64,000 nt of DNA from Bryobacterales bacterium (lineage in GTDB: Bacteria; Acidobacteriota; Terriglobia; Bryobacterales; UBA6623), in assembly GCA_965263255.1 (NCBI GenBank), contig CBDHHA010000008.1:3461987-3525986 (forward strand), in the 5' to 3' direction. Below are positions 57,639-64,000 of this stretch, one piece after another. Both the position numbers and the translations under genes were made by a program. Positions within the stretch are counted from its first letter, which is position 1, and every line of letters starts with the position of its first letter. Below the pieces are notes generated by a model. It searched no databases, was not told the origin of the DNA, and saw only the letters and a program-made list of their open reading frames with translations.

Positions 57639-60600
57639 GTGCCCTGCAAGCGTTTGCGCGCAGTTCCGCTCATCGTACTGGGCTCCGCGGCGGCGCTGCG
57701 GGCGGCCCCTGTCGACTTCAACGCGGACGTGCGGCCGATTCTGTCGGACCGCTGCTACACCTGCCACGGCCCGGACGAGGCAACGCGGATGTCGCCGCTG
57801 CGGCTCGATACCGAGGACGGCGCGTTCGCCCCGCTGGCCGGTGGCGGCTTCGCGATCGTCCGTGGCGTGCCCGGCGAAAGCGAGCTGATCCGCCGTATCG
57901 ATGCTGCTGACGAGTCCCGTCGCATGCCGCCGGCCGCCATGGGGCACGCGCCTCTGACGACGGCGGAGATCGCGACGCTCCGCACTTGGGTCGCGGAAGG
58001 CGCGCCCTGGGCGAAGCACTGGGCATTCGAGCCGCCGCGCGAACCGGCCCGGGAAGCGGACCGACCGGACAGCTGGGTTCGCAACCCCATCGATCGGTTC
58101 GTGCTGGATCGGCTGCGCGGGGCGGGCATGGAGCCGGCGGGCGCAGCGGAGCGCGCCAAGTTGCATCGGAGAGCATCACTTGACCTCACCGGGCTGCCCC
58201 CGACCCCGGACGAGGTCCTCGAGTTCCTCAGCGACGATTCCCCGCAAGCGTACGAGAGGGCTGTCGACAGGCTGCTTTCCTCGCCGAGGTTCGGCGAGCG
58301 CATGGCGTTCCGGTGGCTGGATGCCGCGCGCTACGCCGACACGAACGGCTACCAGAACGACCAGGAGCGGGACATGTGGAGATGGCGCGACTGGGTCATC
58401 GACGCATTCAACGCCAACATGCCCTTCGACCGGTTCACCGTCGAGCAGCTGGCCGGCGACCTGCTTCCGGAACCGACCCTGTCGCAACGGATCGCAACCG
58501 GCTTCAATCGCAATCACCGGGGCAACGCGGAGAACGGCACGGACCCGGACGAGTACCAGGTCGAGTACGCGGTGGACCGGCTGGAGACGACAGCGACGGT
58601 CTGGATGGGCCTGACGCTCGGATGCGCACGCTGCCACGATCACAAGTACGACCCGATCTCGCAGAAGGAGTTCTACCGGTTCTTCGCCTACTTCAACAAC
58701 GTCTCCGACCGGGGGCGGTACTACAAGTACGGCAACACGCCGCCGATCGTGCACGCGCCGACACTCGAGCAGCAGGAGCGGCTCGACGAGATGGACCGGC
58801 AGATCGCGGCGCTGCAGGCGAAGCTGTCGGACCGTGACGCCGAAATCGAAGCGGGGCTCGCTGGCGACGCCCTGCCCGCAAGCATCGACGAATGGGCCTA
58901 TGCCGACCGGATGGCCGTCCGGCGGACCTTCGACACTGCCGGCGGAGCCGAGCATGGGCGGCGGGGCCGCGCCGCGCTGCTGGACGGACAGCGGCATTTC
59001 AACCTCGGCGACGAGGCGAACCTGGACTTCTACGACCCGTTCACGCTGTCCGCGTGGATTCGGCCGGAGGCCGCCACGGGAGGAATCCTGGCGCGCTACA
59101 ACGCCGCCGGCCCGAAAGGGTACGGACTGTTCCTAGTCGACGGCAAGCTGCAGCTCCGGGTCGACACGAGTAGCATCTCCGACCGGACGCGCATCGAATC
59201 CGCCGAGCCAATCCCCCTTGGGGAGTGGACGCATGTGGCGGGAGTGTACGACGGCTCGCGCAACACGACGGGCATGAGCCTGTTCGTTGACGGCTCCCGG
59301 GTCGAGTCGGTCAGCCTGATCGACGAGTCCCTGAATTCCACCAAGACGCCAGAGCCCCTGCGGATCGGCTACGGACCGGACCCGAAGGGCAGGTTCCGCG
59401 GGCTGATCGACGATGCTCGCGTCTATCTGCGACCACTCAGCGACCAGCAGGTCGCGGTCGTGGCGGTCGGCGAGACGCCGCGGGAAATCGCACGGATACC
59501 TGCCGGGCAGCGAACGGCCGCCCAGCATACGAAGCTGCGCTGGGCCTTCCTCGACACGGCAGCGCCGGAGGACATCCGCTCCGCCTGGCAGGACCTGGAG
59601 CGGCTTCGCCTGGCGCGCGAGGACTTCGTGGCAACGCTCCCCAGCGTGATGGTCATGGACGAGCGCCAGGACACGCGGCCGACGCATGTCCTGTTCCGCG
59701 GGTCGTTCGACGCTCCCCGGGACGAAGTCTCCCCCGGCCTGCCCGCCGCGCTGCCCGCGCTGCCGGCCGGCCAGCCGAACAACCGGCTCGGACTCGCCCG
59801 CTGGCTGACGGACCCGTCCCACCCGCTGACGTCCCGCGTCACGGTCAACCGGTTCTGGCAGATGCTGTTCGGCCGAGGTATCGTGGCCACGGTCGAGGAC
59901 TTCGGCTCCCAGGGCGCCGCCCCGACCCATCCGGAACTCCTGGACTGGCTGGCTTCCGAGTTCATCGAGAGCGGCTGGGACGTCAAGGGCCTCCTGCGTA
60001 CGATCGTGACGAGCGCGACCTACCGGCAAGCGTCCAAGGTCTCCCCGGAGGCGCTCGAGAGGGATCCCGAGAACCTGCTCCTTGCCCGGGCCCCGCGGGA
60101 GCGGCTGCCGGCGGAGGCCATTCGGGACCAGGCGCTCTCGATTGCGGGCTTGCTGTCGGGCCGGGCCGGCGGCCCCTCGGTCAAGCCCTACCAGCCGGCC
60201 GGGCTGTGGAAGGAACTCTCCAACTGGCGCGCCTACAAGCACGACCGGGACGACGGCCTGTACCGGCGGAGCCTGTACACGTTCTGGAAGCGGACCCTGG
60301 GGCCGCCGGCGATGCTGGCGTTCGACGCAGCCCCGAGAGAGACCTGCGTCGTGCGGGAGGTCCGCACCAACACGCCCATCCAAGCGCTCAACCTGATGAA
60401 CGATCCCACCTACACCGAGGCCGCCAGGCTCTACGCGGAGCGCATGCTGCGGGAAGGGGGAGACAGCGACGAGGCCCGGCTCGGCTACGGATTCCTGCTG
60501 GCGACCTCCCGCCGTCCGGGCAGCGAGGAGTCGGAAATCCTCCGATCCAGCCTGAATCGCTTCCGGGACCGCTACCGCACAAGTCCGGAAGACGCGGATC

Positions 60601-60719
60601 GTTACCTGTCGTCCGGCGAATACCCGCGCGACAGTTCGCTCGAGGTGCCCGACCTGGCCGCGTACACCGCGGTTGCGAGCATGCTGCTGAATCTCGACGA
60701 GACCATCACCAGGGAGTGA
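57639..60719 (+). CDS. PSCyt1 (CxxCH) - DUF1549 - LamG-like - DUF1553 multidomain protein
   Basis: It starts at GTG and has a signal peptide. 'VRPILSDRCYTCHGPDE' is the planctomycete-type cytochrome c motif. 'NPIDRFVLDRL' is DUF1549. 'FTLSAWIRPEAATGGILARY...GYGLFLVDGKLQL...WTHVAGVYDG...LIDDARVY' is LamG/ConA-like. 'LGLTLGCARCHDHKYDPISQKEFY' and the C-terminal 'LNLDETITRE' are DUF1553. Confidence 0.9.
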   Translation: MPCKRLRAVPLIVLGSAAALRAAPVDFNADVRPILSDRCYTCHGPDEATRMSPLRLDTEDGAFAPLAGGGFAIVRGVPGESELIRRIDAADESRRMPPAAMGHAPLTTAEIATLRTWVAEGAPWAKHWAFEPPREPAREADRPDSWVRNPIDRFVLDRLRGAGMEPAGAAERAKLHRRASLDLTGLPPTPDEVLEFLSDDSPQAYERAVDRLLSSPRFGERMAFRWLDAARYADTNGYQNDQERDMWRWRDWVIDAFNANMPFDRFTVEQLAGDLLPEPTLSQRIATGFNRNHRGNAENGTDPDEYQVEYAVDRLETTATVWMGLTLGCARCHDHKYDPISQKEFYRFFAYFNNVSDRGRYYKYGNTPPIVHAPTLEQQERLDEMDRQIAALQAKLSDRDAEIEAGLAGDALPASIDEWAYADRMAVRRTFDTAGGAEHGRRGRAALLDGQRHFNLGDEANLDFYDPFTLSAWIRPEAATGGILARYNAAGPKGYGLFLVDGKLQLRVDTSSISDRTRIESAEPIPLGEWTHVAGVYDGSRNTTGMSLFVDGSRVESVSLIDESLNSTKTPEPLRIGYGPDPKGRFRGLIDDARVYLRPLSDQQVAVVAVGETPREIARIPAGQRTAAQHTKLRWAFLDTAAPEDIRSAWQDLERLRLAREDFVATLPSVMVMDERQDTRPTHVLFRGSFDAPRDEVSPGLPAALPALPAGQPNNRLGLARWLTDPSHPLTSRVTVNRFWQMLFGRGIVATVEDFGSQGAAPTHPELLDWLASEFIESGWDVKGLLRTIVTSATYRQASKVSPEALERDPENLLLARAPRERLPAEAIRDQALSIAGLLSGRAGGPSVKPYQPAGLWKELSNWRAYKHDRDDGLYRRSLYTFWKRTLGPPAMLAFDAAPRETCVVREVRTNTPIQALNLMNDPTYTEAARLYAERMLREGGDSDEARLGYGFLLATSRRPGSEESEILRSSLNRFRDRYRTSPEDADRYLSSGEYPRDSSLEVPDLAAYTAVASMLLNLDETITRE

Positions 60720-60722
60720 CCC

Positions 60723-62156
60723 ATGACCTGCGAACCCGCACTTGACCTCACCCGCAGGCAGCTCTTCTCGCGAACCTCCGGAGGCCTGGGCATCGCCGCC
60801 CTCGCGAACCTGCTCAGCGAGGACCTGGTCGCCTCCTCCGGCCAGCCGCAACTTCCGGGCCTGCCCCACTTCGCTCCCAAGGCGAAGCGGGTGATCTACC
60901 TCTTCCAGTCCGGCGGCCCGTCGCAGATGGACCTGTTCGACCCGAAGCCGGCCTTGCGCGAGCGGCAGGGGTCGGAGCTGCCCGATTCGGTCCGGGGCGG
61001 GCAGCGGCTCACCGGCATGACGGCCGCGCAGACAAGCTTCCCGGTTGCGGCGTCCAAGTTCTCCTTCGCCCAGCATCCCGAAACGGGCCAGCAGTTCGGG
61101 GAGCTCATTCCCCACATCGCCTCCATCGGCGACCGGATCGCCGTGGTGCGCTCGATGCACACGGAGCAGATCAACCACGATCCGGCAATCACGTTCCTGC
61201 AGACCGGCCATCAGCTTGCCGGGCGTCCCAGCCTCGGCTCCTGGCTCTCGTACGGGCTCGGCAGCGAGACGAGCAGCCTGCCCGCGTACGTGGTGATGGT
61301 GTCGCTTGGGAGTTCCGGCCAGCCGCTGTATTCGAGGCTGTGGGGAAGCGGCTTCCTGCCCACCCGCTACCAAGCGGTGAAGTTCCGGGCCGGACGCGAG
61401 CCTGTCCTGTATCTCAACGATCCGGAGGGCTTCACTCGCGACGATCGCCGCCAGTTCCTCGACGGCCTTTCCGATCTCAACCGCGTCCGGCTCAGTGAGT
61501 ACGGGGATCCGGAGATCGAGAACCGCATCGCGCAGTACGAGATGGCCTACCGCATGCAGGCCTCGGTCCCCGAGCTGACCGACCTGTCGTCCGAGCCCGA
61601 GCATGTCTTCGAGATGTACGGCGAGGATTCGCGCAAGCCGGGAACCTACGCCAGCAACTGCCTGCTGGCACGCCGGCTCGTAGAGCGCGGCGTCCGCTGC
61701 GTGCAGCTGTTCCATCGCGGCTGGGACCATCACAACGGGCTGCCGAAGCGCCTTGCCGAGAAGTGCTCCCAGACTGACCAAGCATCCGCGGCCCTGGTGA
61801 AGGACCTGGAGCAGCGCGGCATGCTTGACGACACTCTGGTCGTCTGGGGCGGCGAGTTCGGCCGGACAGTCTACTGCCAGGGCAAGCTCACCCCGCAGGC
61901 CTACGGCCGGGACCACCACCCGCGCTGCTTCTCGATCTGGCTTGCCGGCGGCGGAGTCCGAGGCGGCGTCACGCACGGAGCGACCGACGACTACTCGTAC
62001 AACATCGCCGAGGATGCCGTGAGCGTTCACGACCTGCACGCAACGATCCTGCACCTGCTGGGCGTGGACCACAAGCGGCTGACCTTCAAGTACCAGGGGC
62101 GCCACTTCCGGCTCACGGACGTGCATGGCGAGGTCGTGAACGACATCCTCGCCTGA
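60723..62156 (+). CDS. DUF1501-domain protein (sulfatase-fold), Tat signal
   Basis: The Tat signal is 'TRRQLFSRTSGGLGIAALANLL'. 'VIYLFQSGGPSQMDLFDPKP', 'VVWGGEFGRT' and 'GRDHHP' are DUF1501 hallmarks. It sits immediately downstream of its usual DUF1553 partner. Confidence 0.9.
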   Translation: MTCEPALDLTRRQLFSRTSGGLGIAALANLLSEDLVASSGQPQLPGLPHFAPKAKRVIYLFQSGGPSQMDLFDPKPALRERQGSELPDSVRGGQRLTGMTAAQTSFPVAASKFSFAQHPETGQQFGELIPHIASIGDRIAVVRSMHTEQINHDPAITFLQTGHQLAGRPSLGSWLSYGLGSETSSLPAYVVMVSLGSSGQPLYSRLWGSGFLPTRYQAVKFRAGREPVLYLNDPEGFTRDDRRQFLDGLSDLNRVRLSEYGDPEIENRIAQYEMAYRMQASVPELTDLSSEPEHVFEMYGEDSRKPGTYASNCLLARRLVERGVRCVQLFHRGWDHHNGLPKRLAEKCSQTDQASAALVKDLEQRGMLDDTLVVWGGEFGRTVYCQGKLTPQAYGRDHHPRCFSIWLAGGGVRGGVTHGATDDYSYNIAEDAVSVHDLHATILHLLGVDHKRLTFKYQGRHFRLTDVHGEVVNDILA

Positions 62157-62224
62157 CCGCGGCGCTCCCGCCCACCCCCGCCTCCGCCCGCAGCAGCCGA
62201 CCGCGGACAGCACCCAGACCCACC

Positions 62225-62968
62225 ATGCCCGAGCAACTTCCCATCGCACTCGTCACCGGCGCAAGCCGCGGCATCGGCCGCTCGATCGCGATCGAGCTGT
62301 CAGAAACACACCATGTCATCGGCACCTACCGAGGCAACCGGGCCGCAGCGGAGAGCCTGAGAGCGGAAACCGGTGCCGAGATATTTCAGCTGGACATCGC
62401 CAGCAAGGCGGACCGCGAAGCGGTCATGCAGTTCGTGCGGGACCGGCACGGCCGCCTGGACCTGCTGGTGAACAACGCGGGGATCGCCCCGCGCGAGCGG
62501 AATGACATTCTCGTCGCGACCGAGGAGAGCTTTGCGGAGGTTCTCGACACCAACCTCCGCGGACCATACTTCCTGACCCAGGCCGCGGCCAACCTGATGC
62601 TCGCTGCCGGCGGCGGCCGGATCGTCTTCGTCACCTCGATCTCCTCGTACACGGCTTCTACGAACCGCGGCGAATACTGCGTGTCAAAGGCCGGGCTGAG
62701 CATGGCAGTCCAGCTATTCGCGTCGCGGCTCGCCGGGGAGGGGATCGGCGTCTTCGAGATCCGGCCCGGCATCATCGAGACCGACATGGTCGCGCCCGTG
62801 CTCGAGAAGTACCGGAAGCTCGCGGCCGACGGCCTGCTGCCCCAGGGCCGCCTGGGCAAGCCTCAGGATGTCGCCAACGCCGTGCGGGCGATCGCGGATG
62901 GCAGGCTGGACTACTCGGCCGGTCAAGTGCTCGACGTGGATGGAGGATTCAGCCTCCGCAGCCTTTGA
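62225..62968 (+). CDS. Short-chain dehydrogenase/reductase (FabG-like)
   Basis: The cofactor motif is 'ALVTGASRGIGRSIA'. 'LVNNAGI' and the catalytic 'YCVSKAG' (YxxxK) are present. Confidence 0.9.
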   Translation: MPEQLPIALVTGASRGIGRSIAIELSETHHVIGTYRGNRAAAESLRAETGAEIFQLDIASKADREAVMQFVRDRHGRLDLLVNNAGIAPRERNDILVATEESFAEVLDTNLRGPYFLTQAAANLMLAAGGGRIVFVTSISSYTASTNRGEYCVSKAGLSMAVQLFASRLAGEGIGVFEIRPGIIETDMVAPVLEKYRKLAADGLLPQGRLGKPQDVANAVRAIADGRLDYSAGQVLDVDGGFSLRSL

Positions 62969-63122
62969 GTCACGGGGGGGCAGCCAACGCGCCAGCAGGT
63001 TCCGCCGGACCGGCGCTGCACTGCCGGCAAGCGCTTTTCCCGCTCCTATTGCACGATCCCGACAGCGTCGCTTGTAGCGGCGGGCAGAGTAGGATGAAGC
63101 CACACGGGGAGATCCCTGAGAG

Positions 63123-64000
63123 ATGACGACCAGAAGAACCCTCGCCAAGGCTGCAGCGCTAACGGCGCTCTCCTACAAGCGGATTCTCGGCGCCAACGAC
63201 CGGGTGCGCCTGGGATTCATCGGCGTGGGCAACCGCGGCACCTCCCTGCTGCGGGCCAGCAAGGAGTATGCCGACCAGCAGGTCGTCGCAGTGTGCGACA
63301 TCCGTCGCGACTACATGGAAAATGCGGCGCAAATTGCCGACACGTCGCCCGCCCTGGTGGAAGACTATCGCAACCTGGTTGCCCGGCCCGACATCGATGC
63401 CGTCGTCATCGCGAGCCCGGACCACTGGCACGCCCTGATGATGATCGCCGCCTGCGAGGCAGGAAAGGATGTCTACGTAGAGAAGCCGCTCTCGCTGACG
63501 GTCCGCGAGGGACGCCGCATGATCGAGACCGCGGAATCGACGAAGCGCTTGGTTCAAGTGGGCATCCACCGCCGGTCCGCCCGGTACTGCGGGGACGCGG
63601 CGAACTTCGTCCGGTCCGGGGGCATCGGGCACGTAACCGTTGCCCGCGCGGCACGAGTCGCCAATGAGTACCCGCTCGGGATCGGCAGCACTCCTGACGA
63701 CGGCCCACCCTCTGGAGTCGACTGGGATCTCTACCTCGGCCCGGCACCCGCGGTCCCGTACAACCGCAACCGGTTCAGCTACAAGTTCCGGTGGTTCTAC
63801 GAGTACTCGGGCGGCCAGCTCACCGACAACGGCGTGCACTTCCTGGACCTCATCCAGTGGGGGCTCGACAGGGACGCCCCGATGTCGGTCACGGCCATCG
63901 GCGGCAAGTACGCGGTCAAGGACAACCGCCAGACCGTCGACACCATGGAAGCGATCTGGGAGTTCCCGGACGCCACGATGGTCACCTTCTCCGATTTCGG
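63123..64000 (+). CDS. Gfo/Idh/MocA-family oxidoreductase, Tat-exported (3' end beyond window)
   Basis: This ORF is not in the supplied track because it runs off the window. ATG at 63123 gives MTTRRTLAKAAALTALSY. 'VRLGFIGVGNRG', 'DAVVIASPDHWHA' and 'GKDVYVEKPL' are present. The frame stays open to position 64000. Confidence 0.8.
   Translation, partial: MTTRRTLAKAAALTALSYKRILGANDRVRLGFIGVGNRGTSLLRASKEYADQQVVAVCDIRRDYMENAAQIADTSPALVEDYRNLVARPDIDAVVIASPDHWHALMMIAACEAGKDVYVEKPLSLTVREGRRMIETAESTKRLVQVGIHRRSARYCGDAANFVRSGGIGHVTVARAARVANEYPLGIGSTPDDGPPSGVDWDLYLGPAPAVPYNRNRFSYKFRWFYEYSGGQLTDNGVHFLDLIQWGLDRDAPMSVTAIGGKYAVKDNRQTVDTMEAIWEFPDATMVTFSDF

Noticed and set aside
59133-62249. 1038-aa minus-strand ORF
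   Set aside because: It is antisense to the PSCyt/DUF1553 and DUF1501 genes, both of which carry clear family motifs. The minus-strand product is Arg/Gly/Val/Pro-rich low-information sequence.

Overview
The window is high-GC, gene-dense bacterial chromosome. Sampled 60-nt lines in core genes run about 70% G+C. The gene content looks Acidobacteriota-like, though Planctomycetota or Verrucomicrobiota-like content is also possible, and this is inference only. Supporting genes are a CarboxypepD_reg-type TonB-dependent receptor, a CRTAC1/ASPIC-UnbV protein, a PSCyt/DUF1549/DUF1553 + DUF1501 pair, Tat-exported Gfo/Idh/MocA oxidoreductases, ThuA and M16 peptidase pairs.

I can support about 45 protein genes, one tRNA-Lys(UUU), and a few hairpins and repeats. 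Housekeeping anchors are tilS-ftsH, ssb, folC, metF, pyrE-like and larB. High GC produces many long antisense or alternate-frame shadow ORFs in the supplied track, and I rejected these.

Three patches stand out as lower in GC and poor in ORFs: about 4.2-6.2 kb, about 29.9-31.8 kb and about 47.2-48.4 kb.

- **Best candidate for something new (about 4.6-6.2 kb):** this islet carries two ATGA-coupled ORFs. The second has a winged-helix-like N-terminus and a C-terminal NDT/TIR-like Rossmannoid effector signature (FVAMWF...VVADFT...GGVYFEAGFA). It is a plausible orphan nucleotide-targeting or defence cassette.
- **ssb:** broken by two single-nucleotide frame disruptions.
- **Other frame-broken genes:** at least two small genes, which suggests either assembly indels or real gene decay.
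- **vapB:** followed by a decayed PIN partner.
- **DUF58-BatA-VWA operon:** has no MoxR ATPase next to it.
- **FecR/DUF6600 protein:** has a C-terminal tail of about 330 aa rich in Ser/Arg.
- **PHP-like metallohydrolase:** fused to repeat modules.
- **Orphan larB:** coupled to a beta-propeller gene.
- **Nramp-like transporter:** lacks the DPGN motif.

No CRISPR array, rRNA, intact transposase or integrase could be recognised.
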